In this document: in pieces, positions 51,749 to 62,764 of the stretch
How positions within the stretch are numbered: position 1 is the stretch's first letter
Layout of the letters: every line of letters starts with the position of its first letter
NCBI RefSeq assembly: GCF_022846255.1
Contig: NZ_AP025682.1
Source: Escherichia coli
Lineage (GTDB): Bacteria; Pseudomonadota; Gammaproteobacteria; Enterobacterales; Enterobacteriaceae
Length of the DNA: 64,000 nucleotides
Reading direction: 5' to 3' (one strand)
Notes under the pieces: model-generated
Told to the model about the DNA's origin: nothing
The model's database searches: none
Seen by the model: the letters and a program-made list of their open reading frames with translations, nothing else
Translations under genes and position numbers: made by a program

Positions 51749-53176
51749 ATGAGCGATAAAAAGAAGCGCAGTATGGCGGGTTTGCCGTGGATCGCGGCGA
51801 TGGCCTTCTTCATGCAGGCACTTGATGCCACTATTCTGAATACCGCCTTACCCGCAATCGCTCATAGCCTTAATCGTTCTCCTCTCGCGATGCAATCAGC
51901 CATCATCAGTTATACGCTGACGGTGGCGATGCTTATTCCGGTAAGCGGATGGCTAGCCGATCGCTTCGGTACGCGTCGCATATTTACCCTTGCCGTGAGT
52001 CTGTTCACGTTGGGTTCTCTGGCCTGCGCACTTTCTAACTCGCTACCACAGCTGGTTGTCTTCCGGGTTATTCAGGGGATAGGCGGCGCAATGATGATGC
52101 CTGTTGCTCGGCTGGCCTTACTGCGCGCTTATCCTCGTAATGAGCTTCTTCCTGTATTGAATTTTGTCGCCATGCCGGGTCTGGTGGGGCCAATTTTAGG
52201 CCCCGTTCTTGGCGGCGTGCTGGTCACCTGGGCAACCTGGCACTGGATATTTTTAATCAATATCCCCATAGGTATTGCGGGCCTTCTTTACGCGCACAAA
52301 CATATGCCCAATTTCACCACCGCACGACGCAGATTCGATACCACTGGCTTTTTGCTGTTTGGCCTCAGCCTTGTTCTCTTCTCAAGCGGAATAGAGCTAT
52401 TCGGGGAAAAGATTGTCGCCAGCTGGATTGCCTTGACGGTAATTGTCACCAGCATCGGGTTACTGCTTCTCTATATTCTCCATGCGCGACGCACGCCAAA
52501 CCCATTAATTTCATTAGATTTATTTAAAACCCGCACTTTCTCGATCGGTATCGTAGGCAATATTGCAACCCGTCTGGGGACCGGCTGTGTACCGTTCCTT
52601 ATGCCATTGATGTTACAGGTAGGATTTGGGTATCAGGCGTTTATTGCTGGCTGTATGATGGCACCGACAGCGTTAGGTTCCATTATTGCAAAATCGATGG
52701 TTACCCAAGTCTTACGTCGTCTGGGCTATCGCCATACGTTAGTGGGGATCACGGTGATTATAGGGCTAATGATCGCTCAGTTCTCTTTGCAATCACCAGC
52801 AATGGCGATATGGATGCTGATCTTGCCGTTGTTTATATTAGGGATGGCTATGTCGACACAATTTACCGCGATGAATACCATCACACTTGCCGATCTGACC
52901 GATGACAACGCCAGCAGCGGTAACAGTGTTCTGGCGGTCACGCAGCAACTGTCGATCAGTTTAGGCGTTGCTGTAAGTGCGGCAGTCCTTCGCGTTTACG
53001 AAGGGATGGAAGGCACAACGACAGTCGAACAGTTCCACTATACGTTTATCACGATGGGCATTATTACTGTTGCTTCAGCAGCAATGTTCATGCTACTGAA
53101 AACAACCGATGGTAATAATTTGATCAAAAGACAGCGTAAATCTAAGCCGAACCACGCTCCATCAGAATCGGAGTAA
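51749..53176 (+). CDS. hsrA: MFS transporter HsrA (YieO), 14-TM drug-efflux-like
   Basis: 475-aa hydrophobic ORF; matches HsrA; 3' end overlaps rbsR 3' end. Confidence 0.9.
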   Translation: MSDKKKRSMAGLPWIAAMAFFMQALDATILNTALPAIAHSLNRSPLAMQSAIISYTLTVAMLIPVSGWLADRFGTRRIFTLAVSLFTLGSLACALSNSLPQLVVFRVIQGIGGAMMMPVARLALLRAYPRNELLPVLNFVAMPGLVGPILGPVLGGVLVTWATWHWIFLINIPIGIAGLLYAHKHMPNFTTARRRFDTTGFLLFGLSLVLFSSGIELFGEKIVASWIALTVIVTSIGLLLLYILHARRTPNPLISLDLFKTRTFSIGIVGNIATRLGTGCVPFLMPLMLQVGFGYQAFIAGCMMAPTALGSIIAKSMVTQVLRRLGYRHTLVGITVIIGLMIAQFSLQSPAMAIWMLILPLFILGMAMSTQFTAMNTITLADLTDDNASSGNSVLAVTQQLSISLGVAVSAAVLRVYEGMEGTTTVEQFHYTFITMGIITVASAAMFMLLKTTDGNNLIKRQRKSKPNHAPSESE

Positions 53177-54134
53177 GTTGTAATCGTTGTTGCTGTAGGG
53201 CCGGCTGGGTTATCCGATGGATGAGTACATCAATCGCCAGCTCCCCCAGTTCATCTTTCGGTTGGTGGATAGTTGTTAATGGTGGCGTCATAAAGCTTGC
53301 CAGTTCGATATCGTCATAGCCAATCACCGCGATATCCTGCGGAACCTGTAACTCTGCCTGATATAACGCCTGGTAAACGCCAACAGCCATAGCGTCATTT
53401 CCGGTAAAGACAGCCTGAGGACGCAGCGGATGTGATAACAGTTGGCGCATGGCGTCAAACCCGCCGTTAAATTCAAAATCACCTGTGACTTCATAGCCAT
53501 CAGGAATGTTGAGACCCGCACGTTTCATCGCCGCCCGATAACCTTCCAACCGCAGGCGCGCCGGAGTTTTATCCAGCGGACCGGTAATACAGGCAATACG
53601 GGTATGACCTTTATCGATCAGATATTGCGTTGCTAAGTCTCCGCCCAGCAACGAGTTATCCTGAATAAGATCGCTGTCGCCATCGAACGGAGCCCAGTCC
53701 ATCATCACGGTAGGCACTGTCGGATAACGTTGCATGATTTCACGCGAAGGCTGATGCGTTTCGGTGCACAGTAACAGCAAGCCATCAACGCGTTTTTGCA
53801 TCAGCGTTTCCAGATTACGATTCATCCGCTGTTCATCGCCTTCGGTATTGCAAAGGACAAGACTATAACCGCGTTCGAAGCAGCTGCGTTCAACGCCACG
53901 CACCAGTTCTGAATAGAAAGGATTGGTACTGGCAGTGATCAACATGCCAATGGTATGTGTTTGATTGAGTTTGAGGCTACGCGCCAGAGCTGATGGCGCG
54001 TAATTGAGTTCTTTAATCGCCGCTTCAACTTTGGCTGTAATCGCTTCACTGACGAAGCGATCTTTATTGATAACGTGAGAAACTGTTGAGGTAGAAACGC
54101 CCGCCAGGCGGGCAACATCTTTCATTGTAGCCAA
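53142..54134 (-). CDS. rbsR: Ribose operon repressor (LacI family)
   Basis: 330-aa [32 protein letters not shown]... (HTH); last gene of rbs operon. Confidence 0.95.
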   Translation of the reverse strand: MATMKDVARLAGVSTSTVSHVINKDRFVSEAITAKVEAAIKELNYAPSALARSLKLNQTHTIGMLITASTNPFYSELVRGVERSCFERGYSLVLCNTEGDEQRMNRNLETLMQKRVDGLLLLCTETHQPSREIMQRYPTVPTVMMDWAPFDGDSDLIQDNSLLGGDLATQYLIDKGHTRIACITGPLDKTPARLRLEGYRAAMKRAGLNIPDGYEVTGDFEFNGGFDAMRQLLSHPLRPQAVFTGNDAMAVGVYQALYQAELQVPQDIAVIGYDDIELASFMTPPLTTIHQPKDELGELAIDVLIHRITQPALQQQRLQLTPILMERGSA

Positions 54135-54137
54135 GCG

Positions 54138-55067
54138 TCACCTCTGCCTGTCTAAAAATGCGTCGATCTCTTCACGCCACGGTACGGAAGGTTGTGCGCC
54201 TTTACGTGTTACGGCAATCGCAGCGGCTGCATGGGCAAAACGAATCGCCTCTGGCAATGTTTTTTCTTCCAGCAACGCCGTGATTAACGCGCCGTTAAAG
54301 GTATCTCCGGCAGCAATGGTATCGACAGCCTGCACCCGGAATCCAGGAACGCGCTGACCTTCACCATTCACGCTAGCCCATACACCACGACTTCCTAAAG
54401 TAATCAGTACAGTACGGATACCTTTTTCATGCAGTACCTGCGCCGCCTTCGCTGCATCTTCATCATTTTCAACACGAATACCGGTGAGCTTTTCTGCTTC
54501 CGTTTCGTTTGGCGTAATAATGTCCACCAGCGCCAGAAGTTCGTCAGGAAGTTCACGAGCCGGAGCCGGGTTAAGCGCAACGATAGTCTTATTTTGATGG
54601 GCGATTTTCGCCGCTGCCATCACACTTTCGAGTGGTGATTCCAGCTGCATTAATAATGCCGACGCGTTGGCAATACGCTCACGTTGCGCTTCCACCAGCG
54701 CCGGGGAAAGGGCAGCATTAGCGCCGGCATGAATACCGATGACATTCTCACCTTCGCCATTAACAAAAATCAGCGCCACACCTGTTGATTCGCCTTTGAT
54801 CACGCTGACCGGAGAAATATCGATGTTATCAGTGGCGAGCTGCTGACGTACGCTCTCGCCAATGCTGTCATCACCCGTACAGGCAATAAACGCGATATTC
54901 GCACCGCTACGCCCAGCAGCCACAGCTTGATTCGCGCCTTTGCCGCCAAATGCAACCTGATAGTGGTTACCGGTTACGGTTTCGCCTGGAGTAGGAAAAG
55001 ATTGAAGATTAAGAATGTGGTCAGCATTAATGCTGCCAAGAACAACGAGGCTGCCTGCGTTTTGCAT
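54138..55067 (-). CDS. rbsK: Ribokinase
   Basis: ORF 54138..55094; start at MQNAGSLVVLGSINADHILN (309 aa). Confidence 0.94.
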   Translation of the reverse strand: MQNAGSLVVLGSINADHILNLQSFPTPGETVTGNHYQVAFGGKGANQAVAAGRSGANIAFIACTGDDSIGESVRQQLATDNIDISPVSVIKGESTGVALIFVNGEGENVIGIHAGANAALSPALVEAQRERIANASALLMQLESPLESVMAAAKIAHQNKTIVALNPAPARELPDELLALVDIITPNETEAEKLTGIRVENDEDAAKAAQVLHEKGIRTVLITLGSRGVWASVNGEGQRVPGFRVQAVDTIAAGDTFNGALITALLEEKTLPEAIRFAHAAAAIAVTRKGAQPSVPWREEIDAFLDRQR

Positions 55068-55192
55068 ATTCGGGATGTCCATAAAATGCGCCACCGTGTT
55101 AGGGTGGCGCGTGCCCTGCTTTTCTTTATATTACACGTTCATCTGTCGATGCCGTATTTATGTCACCATCAGGTCATACAACCTGATTAAAA

Positions 55193-56083
55193 CTACTGCT
55201 TAACAACCAGTTTCAGATCAACCGGATACTTAGCCTGAACTTTCTCGCCTTTCAGTACTTTATCTGCGGTTTCGACGCCTTTCGCGCCAATCTGATCGGG
55301 TAGCTGAGCGATAGTCGCTGCTAGTTTGCCATCATTCACCGCTTTTTCGCCATCCGGTGTACCGTCAAATCCGACGACCATCACATCCGATTTACCGGCA
55401 GTTTGCAGTGCGCGCAGCGCGCCCAGCGCCATTTCATCATTCTGCGCAAATACAGCCTGAACATCCGGATGAGCGGTCAACAGGTTCTGCATTACGTTCA
55501 AACCTTTGGTACGATCAAAATCTGCTGGCTGGCTGGCAAGAACATTAAACTTGTGAGCAGCAACAGCCTGCTGGAAGCCTTCGCCACGTTCACGGGCTGC
55601 GGATGTACCGGCAATGCCTTGCAGCTCGATAACTTTGGCACCTTCACCCGCTTTCTTCGCGATGTAATCACCGGCGATTTTGCCGCCCAGTACGTTATCA
55701 GAAGCAATGTGGCTCACCACTTCACCTTTCGTTGCCTAGCGGTCAAGAGTGATAACCGGGATGTTCGCCTGGTTAGCCATCTTCACAGCATTACCCACTG
55801 CGTCGGAGTCGGTCGGGTTAATCAGCAGAATTTTGGTGCCGCGAACGGTTAAGTCCTGCACGTTCGCCAGCTCTTTCGCCGGGTTGTTCTGGGAGTCCAG
55901 CACCACCAGGTTATAACCAAGTTTATCCGCCTCTTTCTGCGCGCCATCTTTCAGCGATACAAAGAACGGGTTGTTAAGCGTGGAGACCACCAGCGCGATG
56001 GTGTCTTTTGCCATCGCATTCGCACTGACGGTGGCGCTTAGCGCAACAGCGGAAACCAGGGTAGCCAGTTTTTTCATGTTCAT
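55193..56083 (-). pseudogene. rbsB: Ribose ABC transporter periplasmic binding protein RbsB, interrupted by an in-frame TAG (amber) codon at plus-strand 55736..55738
   Basis: Two same-frame ORFs (55736..56089 and 55193..55720) together give RbsB; minus strand reads ...[23 protein letters not shown]... where recalled RbsB has Gln (CAG). Confidence 0.85.
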
Positions 56084-56107
56084 ATTCAAGATGTCCTGTA
56101 GTCGTTA

Positions 56108-57073
56108 TTACTGCTTTTTGTTGTCTACCAGCACCGCCAGCAAAATCACCACCGCTTTGACGATCATCTGGTAATAGGAGGAAACACCTAACAAATTCAA
56201 TCCATTATTAAGGAAGCCAAGAATTAATGCGCCGATCAACGTCCCAACAATGCGACCTTTTCCGCCCGCCAGACTCGTACCGCCCAGAACCACCGCAGCA
56301 ATAGCATCCAGCTCATAGCCAGTCCCCGCCGTGGGTTGTGCGGAGGAGAGACGCGCCACTTCAATGATCCCGGCCAGCGATGCCAGCAGACCACAAAGAG
56401 AATAGACGATGATTTTGATTTTATTGACGTTGATACCAGAAAGACGCGTTGCCGCTTCGTTGCCGCCCAGCGCGTAGATGTAACGCCCCAGACGCGTGTG
56501 ATGCAGCATGTACCAGGCCGCGAGGAAGACAATTCCCATGATCCAGACTGGCGTCGGTACGCCCAGCGGACGACCAATACCAAACCAGCCAAACAGATCG
56601 GCGTTCTCAGTAAAGCCAGTATTCACTGGGCTACCGTTGGTATAAACCATGGTCACGCCGCGCAGTAAAAGCATCATAACCAGCGTAGCGATAAAGGCCT
56701 GGACGCGACCTTTCGCTACAATCACCCCGGTTACCGCACCAATTGCGGCACCTAACGCGAGAGCGGCAGCGACAGCCACCAGCGCATTGACTTCAATGCC
56801 AACGATAGATGCAGCAACTGCGCCAGTCAGCGCCAACAGAGAACCTACCGACAAGTCGATGCCCGACGTCAGGATCACCAGCGTCATCCCGACTGCCATA
56901 ATGGCGTTCACCGAGGTTTGCTGGAGAATATTGAATAAGTTATTGATGGTGAAAAAGTTCGGACTTAACGTCGAGACAATCGCGATCAGCACCAGCAGAG
57001 CGATAAGCGATTTCTGCTCCATCAGCCACGCTTTCGTGAAATAACGGCGACCAGAGACAGTCTGGGTTGTCAT
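56108..57073 (-). CDS. rbsC: Ribose ABC transporter permease
   Basis: 321-aa multi-TM ORF; matches RbsC. Confidence 0.95.
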   Translation of the reverse strand: MTTQTVSGRRYFTKAWLMEQKSLIALLVLIAIVSTLSPNFFTINNLFNILQQTSVNAIMAVGMTLVILTSGIDLSVGSLLALTGAVAASIVGIEVNALVAVAAALALGAAIGAVTGVIVAKGRVQAFIATLVMMLLLRGVTMVYTNGSPVNTGFTENADLFGWFGIGRPLGVPTPVWIMGIVFLAAWYMLHHTRLGRYIYALGGNEAATRLSGINVNKIKIIVYSLCGLLASLAGIIEVARLSSAQPTAGTGYELDAIAAVVLGGTSLAGGKGRIVGTLIGALILGFLNNGLNLLGVSSYYQMIVKAVVILLAVLVDNKKQ

Positions 57074-57077
57074 TTTT

Positions 57078-58583
57078 TTACTCCTGATTCACGCGATTAA
57101 GCTTGCCCACAGCGGCAGCCATTAACACTTCCTGGGTGGCCTGCTCACGAGTAAATTCCCCGCTGAGATGCCCTTCATGCATGACGATGATGCGATCGCT
57201 CATGCCTAATACTTCTGGCATCTCCGATGACACCAGAATGATGCTCAAGCCATCGGCTTTGAACTGGTTAATCAGTTGATAGATCTCTTTTTTCGCGCCG
57301 ACATCTACGCCACGGGTAGGCTCATCGAGGATCAACACTTTAGGGCGTGTCATTAGACCACGGGCAATCGCTACTTTTTGCTGATTGCCACCGGAAAGCA
57401 GACCAATTGCCTGTTCCATCGACGGCGTTTTCACATTAAACAGACGAATGAAATCACTCACTGCCTGCTGTTCATCGGCATGCTTCAAACTGCCGCCAGC
57501 GCGGCTGAAGTAGCGCAGCGCTGTCAGCGACATGTTCTCTTTTACTGACATGCCCAGCACCAAACCGTCGCGTTTACGGTCTTCGGAGATATACACAATG
57601 CCGTTTGCCAGGCCATCCTGTGGTGAACGGGTAACGACTTCATGCCCATCCAGGGTGACGTAACCGCTGGTGCGCGGCAGTGCGCCGTAGAGCACTTTCA
57701 TCAGTTCGGTACGACCTGCGCCCATCAAACCAGAGACGCCAAGGATTTCGCCTTTGCGTAAAGTAAAAGAGACATCGTTAACGCCAGGTCCGCAGAGATT
57801 ATCGACTTTCAGGCGGATATCTCCCGGCGCTTTGTCCAGGTGCGGATATTGATCTTCCAGCTTGCGGCCCACCATCATCTCAATCAGCGAATCTTCGGTC
57901 AGTGATGCTACTTCACGCTCAGCAATAAATTGCCCATCACGAAAAACGGTAACGTCATCGCAAATCTCGAAGATTTCTTTCATGCGGTGGGAGATATAGA
58001 CAATACCGCGGCCTTGCGATTTCAGCTCGCGGATGACGCGGAACAGGGATTCGGTTTCGGTATCGGTCAGTGCATCGGTCGGTTCATCCATAATGATGAC
58101 TTTCGACTCAAAGCTCAGCACTTTGGCAATTTCAACCATTTGCTGGTCACCGATGGAAAGATCGCCCACCAGCTTGTCGCTTTTAAAGCGCAGGTTAAGT
58201 TTAGCCAGCAATTTATCCGCTTCGGCATACATGGTTTTCCAGTCAATTTTGCCAAAGCGATTAACAAACTCACGACCGAGGAAAATGTTTTCGGCAATGG
58301 TCAACTGCGGGATCAGGTTCAGTTCCTGATGGATAATCCCAATCCCGGCTTCCTGGGAAGATTTCGGCCCGGTAAATGTCGTTTCTTTCCCCAGCCATAA
58401 AAGCGTGCCGGCATCGCGAGTATAGATACCAGTAAGCACTTTCATCATGGTGGATTTACCCGCGCCGTTTTCGCCCACCAGCGCCATCACGCGGCCCGGA
58501 TAGACATTTAATGCTGCGCCCGAGAGGGCTTTTACGCCCGGGAAGGCTTTATCGATGCCTTTAAGCTGAAGTAATGCTTCCAT
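57078..58583 (-). CDS. rbsA: Ribose ABC transporter ATP-binding protein (tandem ABC domains)
   Basis: 501-aa ORF with two Walker A motifs ([18 protein letters not shown]). Confidence 0.95.
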
Positions 58584-58590
58584 GACGGCC

Positions 58591-59010
58591 TCAGAACGTC
58601 ACGCCAGCACAGAGAATGATATTCGCATACGGAGAACATTCTCCGCTGCGAATTACCGCCTGACTTTCTGCGGTTTGTTGTTTGAATTGTTCATGCGTGG
58701 TGTAACGAATTTCAATGGTATTTCCCTGGTGTTTTTGCAGCTGCTCAAGGTGAGTGAGCAACGTTTCGTGGAGTTGCGGATTATGTTGTTTGATCTCCTC
58801 CGCGATAATGGCAGCCTCGACCTGCATTTCATTTGTGACGACGTCCAGCACCTGCATAAAAGAAGGTACACCCTGGGTTAATGCCATATCGATACGCGTT
58901 GTACTTTTGGGGATGGGTAAACCAGCATCACACACCACCAGCGTATCGGTATGTCCCAGACGGGAGATCACCGATGAAATATCAGAATTAAGAACGGTGC
59001 CTTTTTTCAT
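58591..59010 (-). CDS. rbsD: D-ribose pyranase
   Basis: ORF 58591..59022; start at [24 protein letters not shown] (139 aa); SD ggagaaa upstream. Confidence 0.93.
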
Positions 59011-59020
59011 TTTTTTCTCC

Positions 59021-59040
59021 ATCAGCGAAACGTTTCGCTG
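59021..59040. promoter_or_regulatory. Perfect 20-bp palindrome tcagcgaaacgtttcgctga in rbsD 5' UTR; probable RbsR (LacI-family) operator
   Basis: Sequence is its own reverse complement; central CGAAACGTTTCG fits the LacI/PurR-type operator pattern; 11 nt upstream of rbsD ATG. Confidence 0.65.
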
Positions 59041-59134
59041 ACCCGCAGTTTAATCCTGACTGAGTTGGGAAAACCATCGTGACGTTACGGAAATGTGATC
59101 AACCTCGAAACGTTTTACATGGTGATTAACCATG

Positions 59135-59170
59135 AAAACAAAAACGCCCCCTTATGGAGAAAGGAGGCGT
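59135..59170 (-). terminator. Putative intrinsic terminator downstream of kup
   Basis: Minus strand hairpin acgcc(tcc)...(ggg)ggcgt followed by tttttgtttt, 7 nt after kup stop. Confidence 0.5.
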
Positions 59171-59176
59171 CTGGCG

Positions 59177-61045
59177 TTAGATTTCGACCTGAGTACCCAG
59201 TTCGATAACCCTGTTTGGCGGGATTTCAAATTGATCCGGCGCACGCAGCGCATTACGTTGCAACAGCAAGTACAGCTTACCGCGCAGACGCAAATACCAC
59301 GGGCGTTTGCCGAGGATCAACGACTCATGCGACATAAAGAAGGAGGTTTCCATCATCCGGCAACTTAATCCTTCCAGACCGCAGCGGTGGAATACTTCTT
59401 CCACGTTTGGCGTTTCTCGCCAACCATAACTTGCCACCACGCGCCAGAACGTCGGCGACAGTTGTTCAATCTGTACCCGACGGACGTTATGGACATAAGG
59501 CGCGTCTTCGGTGCGCAGAGTTAACAGAATCACCCGCTCATGCAATACCTTGTTATGTTTAAGGTTATGCATCAGCGCAAAGGGAATGACGTTGATTGCA
59601 CGTGACATATACACCGCGGTCCCGGGCACGCGAACGGGCGGTGATTTCTCCAGCGAAGCAATCATCGCCTCCAGAGAGTTACCATGTTCATGCATCCGCC
59701 GCAGCAAACGGAAACGTTCGCTCTTCCAGGTGGTCATCACGATAAACATCACCGTACCGAGGCTCAATGGCAACCAGCCGCCGGAGAGCAGTTTATCGAG
59801 GTTAGCGGTGAACAATGGAATATCGACACAAAGGAAAGCAATCAGGATCAGCGCAACAAAATACTTATTCCAGTGCCAGTTCTGACGTGCCACGGTAGTC
59901 GAGAGAATAGACGTCAGCACCATGGTTCCGGTCACCGCAATCCCGTACGCCGCCGCCAGGTTGCTGGAGTGCTCAAAGCTGACAATCACAATCACGACCG
60001 CGACATAGAGCATCCAGTTCACAAACGGAATATAGATTTGCCCTGACTCCATTTCGGAGGTGTGAATAATGCGCATCGGCGACAAATATCCCAGACGTAC
60101 CGCCTGACGCGTCAATGAGAAGACGCCAGAGATAACAGCCTGCGAGGCGATTACCGTCGCCAGTGCGGCGATGATCAGCAGCGGGATCAGCGCCCAGTCC
60201 GGGGCCAACAGGAAGAACGGGTTCTTAATTGCTTCCGGGTTCTTTAACAACAGCGCTCCCTGACCGAAGTAATTAAGAGTTAAGGAAGGCAATACGACGG
60301 TGAACCACGCCAGACGAATCGGGAACTTACCAAAGTGCCCCATATCAGCATACAGCGCCTCGACCCCCGTAATCGACAGCACCACTGCCCCTAATGCAAT
60401 AAAAGAAACCGTTTTGTATTCAAGGAAGAAATGCACCGCCCACATCGGATTCAGCGCATGCAGCACTTCCGGGTTAGCAATAATGCTACGTAACCCCAGC
60501 CCAGCCAGAATCAAAAACCAGGTCAGCATGATCGGCGCAAACAGCTTACCGACCATAGCCGTGCCATGTTTTTGAATCATAAATAATAAAGTGAGAACGA
60601 TAATTGAGAGGGGAACTATCCAGGTATCCAGCTGCGGGGCGACGATTTCCAGACCTTCAATGGCTGACATCACCGAAATAGCGGGTGTTATGACGACTTC
60701 ACCATAGAAAAAGCTGCCGCCGATTAGCCCCATAATCACCAGCATTGATGTGGTTCGCGCCGACGTATTGCGCCCGGCAAGCGACATCAACGTCAGGATC
60801 CCCCCTTCACCGGCGTTATCTGCCCGCATCACGAAGGTGAGATATTTAATGGAAACCACAAAGATTAGCAGCCAGAAGATCAGCGATAAAAAGCCAAACA
60901 CGGCATCGCGTTCAACGCCAAAACCAAACTGGCCGGACAAACATTCACGAAGTGTATATAACGGGCTGGTACCAATATCGCCGTAGACAACTCCAATCGC
61001 CGCGAGGGTAATCGCGGGCAATGATTGCTTATTATCAGTGCTCAT
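59177..61045 (-). CDS. kup: KUP-family low-affinity K+ uptake transporter
   Basis: 622-aa [35 protein letters not shown]...; matches Kup/TrkD. Confidence 0.95.
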
Positions 61046-61267
61046 AGACTAGTCTTTCGTTGAAATATGAAATGTGTGCTTAGTCCCTTGGCCCACAAAA
61101 AAGCGCACAGTATGCACGATTAACGGCAAAATCGTACTCCTAAATGCGGCCACATTAACCTGGCTCAAAGAAAAATACCCCCCCTTTGAGACTATTTTAG
61201 CCACCAGCAAGAAACGTCTATACTCGCAATTTACGCAGAACTTTTGACGAAAGGACGCCACTTCATT

Positions 61268-62764
61268 ATGGCTCACCCTCATTTATTAGCGGAAAGAATT
61301 TCCCGCCTGAGCAGTTCGTTGGAAAAGGGGCTTTATGAACGTAGCCACGCCATCCGCTTGTGTTTATTAGCGGCATTAAGTGGTGAAAGTGTGTTCCTCC
61401 TTGGCCCGCCAGGTATTGCCAAAAGTTTGATCGCCCGGCGCTTAAAATTCGCCTTTCAGAATGCCCGCGCGTTTGAATATCTGATGACTCGCTTCTCCAC
61501 GCCGGAAGAGGTTTTTGGTCCCCTTTCTATTCAGGCGCTAAAAGATGAAGGGCGCTATGAACGTTTAACCAGCGGTTACCTGCCGGAAGCAGAAATCGTC
61601 TTTCTGGATGAGATCTGGAAAGCGGGTCCGGCAATTCTTAATACCCTGCTCACCGCCATTAACGAGCGCCAGTTCCGCAACGGCGCACTCGTAGAAAAAA
61701 TCCCGATGCGTCTGCTGGTGGCGGCCTCCAACGAGCTGCCGGAAGCAGACAGCAGTCTGGAAGCGTTATATGACCGCATGCTGATTCGTCTGTGGTTAGA
61801 TAAAGTGCAGGATAAAGCGAATTTCCGCTCCATGCTGACCAGTCAACAGGATGAAAATGACAATCCGGTTCCTGCCTCCTTGCAGATCACAGATGAAGAA
61901 TATGAACGCTGGCAGAAAGAGATTGGTGAAATTACGCTGCCCGATCATGTATTTGAGCTGATTTTTATGCTGCGCCAGCAACTGGATAAATTACCGGATG
62001 CGCCTTATGTCTCGGATCGTCGCTGGAAAAAAGCGATTCGATTATTGCAGGCCAGCGCCTTTTTTAGCGGTCGCAGTGCTGTTGCCCCGGTTGATCTCAT
62101 TTTGCTGAAAGATTGCCTGTGGTATGACGCGCAAAGCCTGAATTTGATACAACAACAAATTGATGTATTGATGACCGGTCATGCCTGGCAACAGCAAGGG
62201 ATGTTGACCCGCCTTGGCGCGATTGTGCAACGTCACCTGCAACTCCAGCAGCAACAAAGCGATAAAACAGCCATAACGGTAATTCGTCTGGGCGGCATTT
62301 TCAGCCGTCGTCAGCAGTATCAACTCCCTGTTAACGTTACTGCTTCCACTCTGACTCTGCTGCTGCAAAAACCGTTAAAACTGCATGATATGGAAGTGGT
62401 TCATATCTCCTTTGAGCGTAGCGCGCTGGAACAGTGGCTGAGCAAAGGTGGTGAAATTCGCGGCAAACTAAACGGTATCGGCTTTGCCCAGAAACTGAAT
62501 CTGGAAGTTGATAGCGCCCAACATCTTGTTGTACGCGATGTAAGTTTACAAGGCAGTACGCTGGCACTTCCCGGTTCATCGGCTGAAGGTCTGCCAGGTG
62601 AAATAAAACAACAACTGGAAGAGCTTGAAAGCGACTGGCGCAAGCAACACGCTTTATTCAGCGAACAGCAAAAATGTCTGTTTATCCCTGGCGACTGGTT
62701 AGGTCGCATTGAAGCCAGCCTACAGGATGTCGGCGCACAGATTCGCCAGGCACAACAATGCTAA
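61268..62764 (+). CDS. ravA: MoxR-family AAA+ ATPase RavA
   Basis: ORF 61244..62764; start at [27 protein letters not shown] (498 aa); Walker A GPPGIAKS. Confidence 0.93.
   Translation: MAHPHLLAERISRLSSSLEKGLYERSHAIRLCLLAALSGESVFLLGPPGIAKSLIARRLKFAFQNARAFEYLMTRFSTPEEVFGPLSIQALKDEGRYERLTSGYLPEAEIVFLDEIWKAGPAILNTLLTAINERQFRNGALVEKIPMRLLVAASNELPEADSSLEALYDRMLIRLWLDKVQDKANFRSMLTSQQDENDNPVPASLQITDEEYERWQKEIGEITLPDHVFELIFMLRQQLDKLPDAPYVSDRRWKKAIRLLQASAFFSGRSAVAPVDLILLKDCLWYDAQSLNLIQQQIDVLMTGHAWQQQGMLTRLGAIVQRHLQLQQQQSDKTAITVIRLGGIFSRRQQYQLPVNVTASTLTLLLQKPLKLHDMEVVHISFERSALEQWLSKGGEIRGKLNGIGFAQKLNLEVDSAQHLVVRDVSLQGSTLALPGSSAEGLPGEIKQQLEELESDWRKQHALFSEQQKCLFIPGDWLGRIEASLQDVGAQIRQAQQC

Noticed and set aside
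61049-61282. 77-aa minus-strand ORF upstream of kup
   Set aside because: It spans the kup/ravA divergent promoter gap and overlaps the ravA start on the opposite strand; most likely a chance ORF.
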